Shown here piece by piece: positions 51,914 to 64,000 of a stretch of 64,000 nucleotides of DNA. How positions within the stretch are numbered: the first letter of the stretch is position 1; each line of letters begins with the position of its first letter. The notes beneath the pieces were generated by a model. That model had not been told where the DNA came from and ran no database searches. It was given only the letters and a program-made list of their open reading frames with translations. A program made the position numbers and the translations under genes. The stretch covers positions 47,556,001 to 47,620,000 of the forward strand of contig NC_087447.1 of the NCBI RefSeq assembly GCF_036321535.1, written 5' to 3'. Source of the stretch: Camelus dromedarius. Taxonomy: Eukaryota.

Positions 51914-52018
51914 CTCTGCTTTACGAATATTTTCTCTAGCTTCATCTATTTTCTGTTCCAACTCTGTTCGGCTTTGTTCTGATACTGCAACTCCATGACA
52001 TTCCAGATCATCTAGAAC
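51914..52018 (-). CDS. FCHSD2: FCHSD2 coding exon
   Basis: tctttaatag|GTT CTA...GCA GAG|gtgagg; VLDDLECHGVAVSEQSRTELEQKIDEARENIRKAE (missed by the ORF track). Confidence 0.96.
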
Positions 52019-52139
52019 CTATTAAAGAAAATAGGAAAATGATGACTATTTTTTATTTTTCTCTTTTTTTCTTAAGTGATTATAGTATTTAGATAATTTA
52101 AAAGACTTTAGTGACAAATGACCATGACTCCATTTTTAA

Positions 52140-54065
52140 CTTTTAATTTTTTATTTATTTACTTGATAATTAAAGAAAAAACTGAAATAATTACAGTTTT
52201 AATAATAAATTGCAAAAGTAGTACAGGGAGTCTCTTCACCCAGCTTCCTCCAAAGGTAACTTATATAACTATAGCATAATATAAAACCCAGGAAAATGAC
52301 ATTTGCCCTATCTATAAACTTAATGTCGATTACATGTTTTTATATATATAGCTTTAATTTTTAAAAATTACATGAATATAAAGCATTGTTTAAAAAATAA
52401 CTAATAAAAAATGGCAAAAAGTCTATTGTATCTGCACACCCCACCATGTGCCCCCCACCTCTAGATAATCACTGTCCCATCAACTTATTTGTACTTTACC
52501 AAACCATTTCTTATGTATGTCCTACGTATTTGCACAGTTTTGTTTAAAAAATAATGAAATGACAGCTATCATCCTTCATTGTGTCTAAGAAACTTATGTG
52601 TGTATACAGAATGACTTCATTCTCTAATTAATCCATAGATTCAACAGTACAACTGTACCATACTTTATTTACTCTTACTCTATTGCTATTTGACTTTCTG
52701 AATTTCTTGGTATTATTAACAGTACTGTACAAACAATCTAGTCAATGACTCTTTGAACACATTTGGGAATAAGATAAAAACATAGAAGTGGAAACTGTAC
52801 ATTTTAATAAACATTGCCAAATTGCCCCCAAAAGGTTGTATCTACTCTTCTACAATAGTGTATAAGAGCATGTTTTTCTATATTTCTCCAGCACTAGATA
52901 TGGTCAATCTTTGATATTTTATAAAGATTATCTTATTGTTTCAATTTTCATTTCTCTGTAACAGAAAGAGCATCATTTCACATGTTGCTGGTCATCTGTA
53001 TTTCTACTTTCATAAATGGGCAGTTCATATCCTCTATCCATTTTTTTCAAATTTTTTGGGTTTTTTTGTTACTATTTAAATATTATTTCCTTCTAGATAT
53101 TGGCCCTTTTTCTGTTACTTATGTTATAAATATTTCCTTCCATTCTATTCCTTTTCTTTTAACTTTTTAAAAGTTCTTTTTTTTACAGAAATTTTTAGTT
53201 TTTATGTGGTCACATCTATCAATCTTTTCCTTATGGTTCCTGGGTTTTGTCTTGCTTAATAAGCCATTGGTAATACACCAAAAATATACTATATTTTTTC
53301 AGTTTTTAATAATCTTGTATCTAGCATTTAGCTCTTTAATTCTTTTGAAATCTATCTTGTATATGGTGGAAGGGAGAAATCTGACTTTATATTTTTTTCC
53401 AAATACACAATAAATTGTTCTAATGACATTTACTGAATAAATTCTTCCCCCAAAGATTTGAAATGCCATTAACATGCTTTTTATTATGAAAAAATTCAAA
53501 TATACTCAAAGAGACTAGTATGATGAACTCTCATATATAGATCACCAAGATTCAAGAGTTATTATTAAAACTCGTCTACATTTGCCTTATTCTTTTTTCC
53601 GTTGTCAAAGCAAATTTCAGATATCACATCATTTCATTCCTACATGTTTTAATAAAAGTCTCTAATAAACTAAAACAACGCCAAAAACAAAAAAACCCAA
53701 CCATAATACCATTATCAGACCTAACAATAATTCCTTGGTAGCCTTAACATGAGATTCTTCATTAAAATTTCCTGTTTGCCCCAAAATGACTTTTTATGAA
53801 TCAGTATCTAGAAGTCCATACACGCATAGATCATTTTCTTTGAAATATTTGTTAACTCTTATATGATACTACAGTTTTAACTACTATAGCCATTATTGTA
53901 TGTTTCAGTACATTCTAAGGCACATATGGCTTATTATTGTTGTTCTTGGCTATTCTTGTACATTTAAAAAAATCCAGATATATTTTAGAACCAAATGCTA
54001 AGTTCCTTTAAAAATATCTTTTAAGTTTCATTGGGATTGCATTGAAATTACCAACAAATTTAATA
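52140..54065 (-). mobile_element. Old L1 (L1ME/MC-type) fragments
   Basis: Highly degenerate antisense L1 3' motifs. Confidence 0.6.
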
Positions 54066-54082
54066 AAAATCCACATTTTAAA

Positions 54083-54420
54083 AAAGTCAGGGAAAGACAA
54101 ATACTGTATGTTATCACTTATATGTGAGATCTAAAAAATAAAACAAACTACTGAATATAATGAAAAAACGAGTAGTTACCAGTGGGGAGAGGACAGAGGA
54201 GAGGGACAAGATAGGGGTAGAGAATTAAGAGGTACAAACAACTATGTAAAAAAATAAATGAGCCACAAGGACATATTGTACAGCATAGAGAATATAGCCA
54301 ATGTTTTATAATACCTATAAATGGAGTATAACATTTAAAAAGTGTGAATCACTATGTTGTACACCTGAAACTTACATAATGTAAATCAACTACACCTCAG
54401 TAAAAAAAATTTTTTAAAAA
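54083..54420 (+). mobile_element. L1 3' end
   Basis: gacaaatactgtatgttatcacttatatgtg...ctatgttgtacacctgaaact; flanked by aaatccaca on both sides. Confidence 0.8.
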
Positions 54421-54794
54421 TTGTTTAAATCCACAAATTTTGCACCTCTCCAATTACTTTTGTCATTTTTTTTTTACATTCTTTGGTTAAAAAAAAAAGT
54501 CTTTCTTCTTAAAGGTCATGACATCTTACTCATTGTTATATCAGTATTTTATTGCTGGGGTGCATAATTTTTTCCAACTGTATTTCATAATTTATTATTT
54601 CTAGTTAATAGGAAAACTAACTGAAATCTTATTACTTAGTTTGACAGTTGGGTCTCTTATATTTTTAGGGGTACACAATCACATCATCTATAAATAATGA
54701 CTGACGTAGCTCTTCCAAATATTTAAAAACCTTTTCTTCCATTAAAAGCCTTGAGAAAGTGGTGATGATGGATGCTGTTTTTTTATTTTATCAT

Positions 54795-55364
54795 TGTAGA
54801 AGGCAGAATGGCCTCCAAAGATGTCCACATTACCTAATCCCTTGAATTGCATATACATAAGACATAATTTGCTGATATATTAGAGTTATGGACCTTAACA
54901 CAGATTATCCTGGATTATCTGAGTGACTCCAATCTAATCACATGATCTCTTATAAGCAGAGAACTTTCTCTGGCTGGAGTGAGATGAGAAAGGTTAAGTC
55001 AGTGAGATTCTAAGCAAGAGAAGGATGCAACGCACCGCTGCTGGCTCTGAGATGTAGGAGTCTATATGCAAGGACCAGAGGGAGAGGCATCTAGGAGATA
55101 AGGGTAGCCCCAGCTGATACAGTTTAAGTATCTGTCATACAGTTAAAAGGAACTAGATTCTGATAACTTGAATGAGCTTGGAAGTGGATTTTCCCTCAAA
55201 GGCCAGCCTAGTAGACACCTTGATTTTGGCTTTGTTAGAGCTGGAGCAGAAAAACCAGCCAAGCCCAACCAGACAACATACAGAACTGTGAGACAATAAA
55301 TCTGTACTGTTTTAAGCCACTAAGTTTGTGGTAATTTGTTACCGCAGCTATAGAAAACTAATAG
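54795..55364 (+). mobile_element. MLT1 (MaLR) solo LTR
   Basis: tgtagaaggcagaatggcctccaaagatgtccac...aataaatctgtactgttttaagccactaagtttgtggtaatttgttac...tagaaaactaata. Confidence 0.88.
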
Positions 55365-55379
55365 AAATACGAAGTGTAA

Positions 55380-56900
55380 TGTTCGCTATAAATTTCAGAA
55401 AGATATCCTTATCAGAGTGAAAAACTGTTTATCCAGCTGGCCAGGAATTTTGTTCTACTTTTTAATCTCTAAGGTATACTGAATTTTATCATGTACTTTA
55501 TTAGAGAACTATGACAATAATCACATAATTTTTCATTTTTATTCTGTAAATGAAGTTTACTATATTGATACATCTTCTAATGTCAAATTATCCTTGCACC
55601 CTCATTAGTCACGTGCTTAAAACACAGCTGGATTCATTTTTATTAAAATTTATCTAGCATTTTTACAAGTTTGTTCCATCTTTGTTAAAAGTCAATTGAC
55701 CATTATGTGTGTGCCTATTTCTAGACGCTTCGCTTGGTTCCATTTATCTATTAGTCTATTCTTGTACCAATCTCAATTACTGTAGCTTTATGTCTTGCAA
55801 CCAAGTAGAGCAATAGCTGTGGCTATTTCAGATCATTTGCATTTCCATATATATTTTCAAAGCATTTTGTCAATTTCTACAAAAAAACCTTGCTGAGTAT
55901 TTGACTTGGATTTCACCGAATATATGGATTAATTTGGATGTAACTGGTATTTTTAAAATATTGATACTTTGATTCCACTGACCTATATGTCTGTTCTTAT
56001 GCCAGTACTACAATGTCAGTACTATAAGTTTTGAAGTTTGAAAGTATGAGTCCTCCAATTTTCTTATTTTTCTAGACTGTTTTGGTTATTTGGAGTCCCT
56101 TCAGATTCCATATGAATTTTAGGGTAGGTTTTTCTATTTCTGCAATGAACACTTTTGGGATTTTGATAGGGATTGCATTAAATCTGTAGATCATTTTGGG
56201 TGGTACTGTCATCTTAATACTATCTTGCATTCTATGAACACAGGATGTCTTTCTATTTATTTATGCCTAATTCATTTCATCAATGTTTTATAGTTTTTAC
56301 TGTGTAAGTCTTTTGCCTCCTTGGTTAAGTTTATTCCTAAGTATTTTATTCTTTTTGATGGCAGTGTAAATGGAATTGTTTTCTTAATTTCCTTTTCTGA
56401 TTGTTCACTGTATAATGTATACTGTATTATATAGACATGCAACTTACTTTTGTGTGTTAATTTTGTTTCCTGCAACTTTACTGAATTTATTAGCTTTAAC
56501 AGGTGTGTGTGTGTGTGTGTGTGTGAAATCTTTAGGACTTTCTACATATAAGACTATATCATTGGCAAACAGAGATAATCTTACTTCTTTTTTTCCAATT
56601 TGAATGCCTTTTATTTCTTTTCCTTGCCTAACTGTTGTGGCTAGGACTTCTAGTGCTAAGTAGAGTAGAAGTGGCAGAAAGGGGCATCCTTGTCTTGTTC
56701 CTGATCTTAGAGGAAATGCTTTCAGTCTTTCACCACTAAGTATCACTACTCGTTAACAAACTGAATATAATATGCCTTGGTGTGATCTTCTTTGTATTTT
56801 ACCCGCCTGGGGTTTGTTGAGCTTCTTGGATTTGTGGGTTTACAGTTTTTATTATATTTGGACAGTTTTCAGCTACAATTTTTTTCAAATATTTTTCTCT
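55380..56900 (-). mobile_element. Old L1 ORF2 fragments with a (GT)11 microsatellite at 56503-56525
   Basis: RT remnant ILSGERLKAFPLRSGTRQGCP...IKGIQIGKKEVRLSLFANDIVLY (56444-56746). Confidence 0.88.
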
Positions 56901-57169
56901 ACCAATTTATTGCTTAAACCATACTTTACTAGATTAAAGCCTATCACAGGCCAGACTGTAAAAAACTGGGTAAGTTGCTGAAATCTGTCTCTACTTCCTA
57001 AGAGAAATATACGACATGCCTTGACAACAAGAAAGGAAGCAAATTTATTTTTAATATCTGAACATTTACTATCAAATATAGTCAAGCATTCTAGTGGAAA
57101 AAATCTCTTTATATGTTTTATATTTTGAAGTATAAAGCTGCAGCAATTATTCATCACTATTGATTGGCT

Positions 57170-58005
57170 GTGTGGTAAACTGGTAACTTATAGTTCACAA
57201 ATTCTTTGATTGGGATAAACTGTATTAGAGGAACTATACCCAAGAAGCCTTATCTGTGCTTAAATCTCATTTAGATGATGAAATTCTGGATTTCAAGCTG
57301 AAGTCTGACGAGGAGCTTGGGGGATTTGGGGTTAAGAGAGTTGTACTGCAATGCAAGAGGCATGTGAACTACTGTGGCCAGAAGGTAGACTATGGCAGAA
57401 TGTGTTTTTATAAAAACAGCAACTATAATATTTCCCATTCCACATGTTCTTCTAGAACCTTGCTATTTCCTCACCAAGAAGTAGAGTTCATGTCCTCTTT
57501 CCTTGAACCTGGACAGGACTTTGTGACCACCTCAATTAATAAAAATATGACACAATATCATGTTACTTCTGAGACTAGTTCAGAAAAGATGATATAGCTC
57601 CTTCTTGGCTCACTTTTGGGACTCACACCTTTGAGCCCCTATACTACCAACTACTGTGTAAGACCTAGAGCTAACATGAAGCCATTATGTTGGAGAGACC
57701 ACATGGAGAGACCACAGAGAGACAGAGATGCATGAGGAGCTCTAGCCGTTCTAATGCCCAGCTGTTTAAGTCTTCTTGGTCCAAACACCAGATATTTCAG
57801 TACGGTAGTCTATGAGATAACTCTAGCACCAGCCACTATCTGACTGCAATCACATGAAAGACTCCTGCCCCACACCCACCCCAAGTCGGAACTGCCAAGC
57901 TGAGTCTATCCAATCCCCAGAGTAGTAAGAGACAATTAAAAAGATGTTCTTTTTTGTGGCATTAAGTTTGAGGTGGTTTGTTATGCAGCATTAGATAAGT
58001 GGAAC
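57170..58005 (+). mobile_element. MLT1 (MaLR) internal 3' end plus LTR
   Basis: Polypurine-tract-like ggccagaaggtagac before an LTR starting near 57391; LTR end gtttgaggtggtttgttatgcagcattagataa. Confidence 0.75.
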
Positions 58006-59017
58006 ATTGAATTTTACATGATGTGAAACATGAAAAGATGATACTAAAATAGGCACAAGGATATATGTATACACAGAAGAAAAGCCCAATGTTGGAGATA
58101 TTAATTTAGGATTTTTTTGTAAGTGAAACCAAGGTAATAGTAGTAGAGACTCCAATAATGAGAATAAAGAATAAGAAAAGAAGACAGCCAAGTATAGAAA
58201 TCTAAAAAATTTAAATATTTAAATGTAAGATGAAGAAAGAAGAATGTATAAAAGAATCCAGGAATGTTAGAGAGGAAGAAGGAAAACCATGGCAATGTTT
58301 AAGTCATGGATGACTAGAGGGGACTATTTCAAGACAAAGGGAATTGTTAATTGTGATGCAACTGCCAAAAGGTTAAGCATGATGCGAAATCAAGCGTCCA
58401 TTTTGGATTTGTTAACAGAGACATCACTGGTGATTTTGGCATGTGCAGTCCCTATGAACTGGTGCAACGGAAGGGAAAGAAGGGAAAGTCCAAATACAAA
58501 GGGTTAAGAAATAAGCAAGAGGTTAGGAAATATTGATATTAAATATGGACAATTTTTTTAAGAAGTTGGATGTGAAAGTAAAGAAAAAGAATAAAGTTAT
58601 AAATAAATTGAAATCACAAAAAACTTACTGTATCTAAAATGATTTCTTTCCACTTAAAGTTTAGTCTTGGAGGCACATTTTCATGGAATCAACTGTGTCT
58701 TCAAAAGTTTGTCTTGGAGGTGAAAAGCCTAATTCAACACATGCCTGTCTCTCGCACTGCCTAAAAAGACTATAATTCTCTATCACTAGTCTTCCTTATG
58801 CAATTCTACGGCAAACAGATAAATTACTGTGTTGCTGCTAGAGGGCTTAAGGAATTTCCAAGTTTGGTAGACAGCTGAGAACATACTGCTGAGTGCTGAG
58901 AAATTACAGAAAAACACATACAGAATATTTCTCACATCAATAAAAAAGTCAAATCCTAAAATTGGGTTGACATGTGGCTACAGCTAGACACAGCCTAAGA
59001 CTCTCTGTGACACTTAC

Positions 59018-59134
59018 CCGTTGCTGGTGAACAATGTTTTTGTGCTCCCTTGCCACACGGGTGGCCCATTTCCGAGCCTCCTTGTTTAGACTGTGCTCCT
59101 CTGTGGTCCCAGTTTCTGATTCTAATTGTCGACT
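59018..59134 (-). CDS. FCHSD2: FCHSD2 coding exon (most 5' exon in the window)
   Basis: ctcttgtgttgtag|AGT CGA...CAA CGG|gtaagt; SRQLESETGTTEEHSLNKEARKWATRVAREHKNIVHQQR (missed by the ORF track). Confidence 0.96.
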
Positions 59135-62100
59135 CTACAACACAAGAGAGAACAAAGAGAAAAGTACTGTTATCCTTACTGAAATCACTACCATTATGTA
59201 GGTGGATCAGAGGGCCTTCACTTAATCAGCACTCAAAACACAAGGCATGCTCCACTACTGTGGGAAGCAATGTCTCATGTCACAGAACATTAGCAGAAGA
59301 TAAGGAAGACAGTATGAAAACCATAAATGACCACAGGTTTTTTTTTTTGTCTTACATTGCTGAACATTAAAGCTTCATCTCTAATATTGTGGATTGATCC
59401 ATTCTGGGTATAAAAAAAGCTAGCTAGCAAGCAAAGAAGAAAAAAGTATTCCTGCCAAACTACTATGACACTAAAACATCTGCATAGATAGAATGGAAAC
59501 AACTCAATAGTTTCAATGGGATTAAAGAAAAAAAATCATTGGGTAGAAGTGAAAAGAACAAAACAAAACAATGCAATAACATCAACACAACCTATCCACC
59601 CTGAAAGATACTGAGTTTAATTTAGTTACAGGTCTGCCATCAACTCACCACCAAACTAGCTTTTTTCTGTCCTCTGGGCTTTAATGTCGTATCAAATATG
59701 AGTGCTAGATACCAGATATTAAGTGTTACAACTCTGACTGCAGAATCAGAGCTCTTAACCACTAAATTATTTTCATTTTCTCTAAACTCTTATGAACCCA
59801 TGAAAAAAAAATCTTTATTAAAAAACAAGGAAAGAAAACAATTTCTTAAATATGAATTGTTCAAAGAGGATTTTAATATAAAAAGAAGCAAAGTTTTAGA
59901 GTGGGAAGATCTTACAAAATTGACTTTTAGAAGGTCACATAGCTAAAAGTTGGTAAAGAGAATTTGATAAATTGGATTAAAAATTTAATATTCTTGTTAG
60001 GGGAACTGTAGGCAAGGTTGAAAAACATTTACTCTATGCAGACAGTTCAGCTAAAGTTAGAGTATACAATGATAAATGAACTGAAATACAGCAAAATGTA
60101 ATCAACTTTACATTTTATATTGATTCCTCCTTTGGGCTAACAGGAATCTGGGAACCAATTGTACTGTTATATTTGTTTTGCAGAAGAACCTAGGCATTTA
60201 AATTTATATTTGTTCTCGAAAGCCAGGGATGTTAAACCCTGGACGCAGATGCAAATGTAATCTACAGAACGTATGGTAGAAAGGTATACTCTGAAGAGTC
60301 CAGGTATAGGTTTTTAAGCCATACAGACATAGTTTTACTTCTCTCTATGCCACTGACTAGCTTTATGATCTTGGGTTGTTAGTTGATCGGTGTCTTAGCT
60401 ACATCTGAAAATTGGTGAAAGTGCAACCTATCTCACAGAGATTATTACTACAAAATGAGGTCGTTTTAAACATTCTCTTACAGTATACACATAAGATTCT
60501 ATAAATGGTCATTGTGACCATTAAAGACCCAACTGAAAATTACCAGAAACAAAATTTTTCTCATTACTGTTAATAAAAAATCCAAATAATTCCCAGGTTC
60601 TTGATAGCCCAAAAAATGAATCAAAAACAAGACTGAAGATATAATGAAAGGATCTCAGAGAGAATGAACCTGTAGAGAGCAGAGTAGATGAGAAAGGAGG
60701 CAATTGATGGAGAAATTTAATTTTTATTATTGCACCACATTTTAGGAACTAGTAAGTGGGTCTAAAATGTCTATTGACTGCAGACAGGCCACGGACAACT
60801 TGTCCACACAGAATCTGTACCTTTTTACTGAGTATTATCTGTACTTAAGAGTTGGGGAAATAAAGATAAGAGTTTTTTTTCCCATTCTCTATGGGTTTCT
60901 ATTTCTAAAACAGGAGGGCCCAATGATCAGGAGAGACCACAGATTGGGAGATATGATTTTGGGGTCCTCCGGGCAAGGAATGACACATAAGTATAATTAA
61001 AGTTAATTTATCTTTTTTATGAATTCTGAAATCAAGCCATGGAAAGATATGTGGAAGCTACCTGTTAACACAGGTCTAGACAAATGAGAATTCCATATAA
61101 GGCAAACAGCCCAGGGTATTAAGCAATACATAGAGAAATGTTCTAATGCCACCTCTCTTATCAAAGATCAATATAAATCAGATCTAGTAAAGATCATTAT
61201 CTTTTAAGATGGTGGTTGATTCCAGCAAAGGAACTGTTTAGTGACTGCTTCTTTTTAAATGTTGGCTAATTTAATCATTAGTTCATACTTTTAACACTTT
61301 CATTTACTTCTTAAAAATGTAGTTAAAATATATAAGAGAATAGTAACATATATAAGCTATTAAGCATAATAATTTAAAAAACACTGTTATTTTCCTGAAG
61401 CAGAATATGAGAATTTAAAAACTAAATATCAAACAGCACTACAGCCTTGCTCTGGAAAAGTTCACTTATTTATCTTGATTATTTTTAAAGAGACATATGT
61501 AATAACATAACAATTCTTAGAATAACAACAGCACAAAATAATTAAAATAAATTACAAACTGAAGAAAAATGTTATAAAGAAATTTCCTATCAACTTTTAA
61601 ATGTGGGATAGATAGTTTTTCATTATCCTGTATCAGTCTGGGCATCTGATAAGTTAGGTCAACTAAATCTTGAAATCTTTGGAAACATCGGATTTGAGAA
61701 GTTATACAAGTTTTAGTAAAAAATTTTAGAAGTAGATAGGTCTTTTCCTGGAAAATGTCAACTCAAATAAAAGCTTATGCTTTTGAGTACTGTTCCCTCT
61801 GGTTAGAATAACTTCCCTATCTTTTTTTGTCCACAAATTCCTAGTTATTCTTCAAATCTCAGTTCAAATCTACATTCTCTGTGAAATCATCCCTGACTTT
61901 TGCAGACAGGCTCAGGGGCTCCTTCACTTTTGACATATTTCCATTATATTAATGTACTCATTTGTGAGACATTTATTGAGTGGCTACTCTCAGGCAAATA
62001 TGACATTACACTGTGATTGCTACACGTATGTTTCTTGTTTGTCTTCAGACAATCTGAGTCTTTGAATAGATGCATTCCTGGCATCCAGCACCATGCCTAA

Positions 62101-62703
62101 TAGTACATAAATGCCCTCAGTAAAGGTTGGTTAAACAAATACAACCTAATGCCCTGATTCTAAAGTGAGGACCAGGCCACCAGACTATTAGAATGGTGCC
62201 TTCAGAAGTGACAAGAGCATAAATATACTGAATTAGAATCAATTTCTAATGAAAGAAGGAAAGTATTTTTTTGTGTGGGGAAGAACAAAAAGAGCAGAGG
62301 AGAAAGGAAACTAATTTACTGAGTGCCATGCATTTTAATACAGGTTCTCAAAGCTTACTTTAGGATTGAAATGCCTCTCCCGCTTGTAAAATAAAAGGTC
62401 TCCTTCTTTCTGGTTAAGTTCTCACTACAAAATTCATTAAAAATGGATGAATAAGAAAAGAATTGTTTTGAATCTCCAAATTAAGGGATTTTTATAAATT
62501 TTATTTTATGAAATTTATTTCTTAAAAAGTATACATTGAAATATGAAGTACATTTATCCTCAAATACATTTACATTGTACATATATTTACTCCTCAAAGA
62601 GACCTAGCTATGTCATCCTGGCAAATGTACTGAACTGCCTCTGGGCCTCAGCTTCCTCAGCTGAAAATCAAGACACCTGAAGATGAGATGCAATCTCAGA
62701 TTC

Positions 62704-64000
62704 TTTTCTTTTTTAAATTGAAGTATAGTTGGTTTACAATGTTGTGTTATTTTCTGGTGTACAGCATAGTGATTCAGTTATACAAATACATATATATTCC
62801 TTTTCATATTCTCTTTCATTATAGGCTATTAAGATGTTGAATATAGTTTCCTGTGCTATACAGTAGGACCTTTTTTTTTATATAGTAAGTTGTATCTGCT
62901 AATCCCAAACTCCCAAGTTATCCCCCCACCTCCCTCTCCCCCACCCCATAACCATAAGTTTGTTTTCTTTTTTTTTTTTTTTTATTGAAGTATAGTCAGT
63001 TTTTAATGTTGTGTCAATTTCTGGTATACAGCATAATGTTTAAGTCATATATATACATATATATATATATTCCTTTTCATATTCTTTTTCATTACAGTTG
63101 TTCTTCTTTTAAGTTTGTTTTCTATGTCTGTGAGTCTGTTTCTGTTTTGTAAATAAGTACACTGGTATCATATTTTAGATTCCACATGTAAGTGACATCA
63201 TATGGTACTTGTCTCTTTCTGGCTTACTTCACTTAGAATGACAATCTCCAGGTCCATTCATGTTGCTGCAAATGGCATTATCTTATTCTTTTTTATGGCT
63301 GAGTAGTATTCCATTGTATAAAAATACCACAGCTTCTTTTTTTAAAAAATACCTTTACTGTGGTATGGTTCCTGTACAGTAAACTACACATATTTCAAAT
63401 GTACAGTTTGATGAATTTTGATTAAATATACCACAGCTTCTTTATCCGGTCATCTGTCAACAGCCATTTAGGTTGTTTCCACATCCTAGCTATTGTAAGT
63501 AGTGCTGCTATGACCACTGGGGTGCATGTATCTTTTTGAATTAGAGTTCCCTCCAGATATATGCCCAGGGTGGGATTGCTAAATTGTAGGTAAGTCTACT
63601 TTAGGTTTTTGAGGAATCTCCATATTGTTTTCCAGAATGGCTGCACCAAACTACATCTCCACCAACAGTGTGGGAGGATTCCCTTTTCTCCACACCCTCG
63701 TCAGCACTTATCATTTCTGGACTTTTTAATGCTGGCTATTTTGACTGGTATGAGGTGATACTTCATTGTAGTTTTGATTTGCATTTCTTTGATAATTAGT
63801 GATAGTGAGCATTTTTTCATATGCCCATTGGCCGTTTGCATGTCTTTTTTGAAAAAATGTTTGTTTAGGCCTTCTGCCCATTTTTTGATTGGGTTGTTTG
63901 TTTTCTTGTTATTGAGTTGTATGAAGTGTTTGTATACTCTGGAAATTAAGTCCTTGTCAGTCCCATCATTTGAAAATATTTTCTCCCATTTCACATCTAA
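62704..64000 (-). mobile_element. Younger L1 3' part running off the window, with two nested inserts
   Basis: ORF2 remnant 63701-63994 (KWEKIF...NNPIKKWAE...MKKCS); nested inserts 62969-63109 (TSD taagtttgttttct) and 63340-63427 (TSD ataccacagcttcttt). Confidence 0.9.

Overview
Mammalian genomic DNA, most likely from a camelid: three tRNA-Ala-derived vic-1-like SINEs and a recurring young L1 3' end support this. Two genes converge tail to tail. On the + strand are the last seven coding exons of ATG16L2 (WD40 repeats; stop at 2568-2570) in a GC-rich block. On the - strand are the last ten coding exons of FCHSD2 (end of the F-BAR/coiled-coil region, two SH3 domains, proline-rich tail, C-terminal ITLV), from 59134 down to the stop at 10837-10839, followed by a ~2 kb 3'UTR. 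All listed exons have GT-AG boundaries and join in frame. The long AT-rich FCHSD2 introns hold L1, L2, MIR and MLT fragments, an ERV-like LTR, a near full-length Tigger1 and an RPL36 processed pseudogene. I see no clear new biological system. The best leads are several unverified cassette/poison exon candidates between the FCHSD2 F-BAR and SH3 exons, a target site present three times (repeated insertion at one site), and an old-type L1/HAL1-like 3' tail inserted with a perfect TSD inside a young L1. Repeat family names and boundaries were assigned by eye and are approximate.
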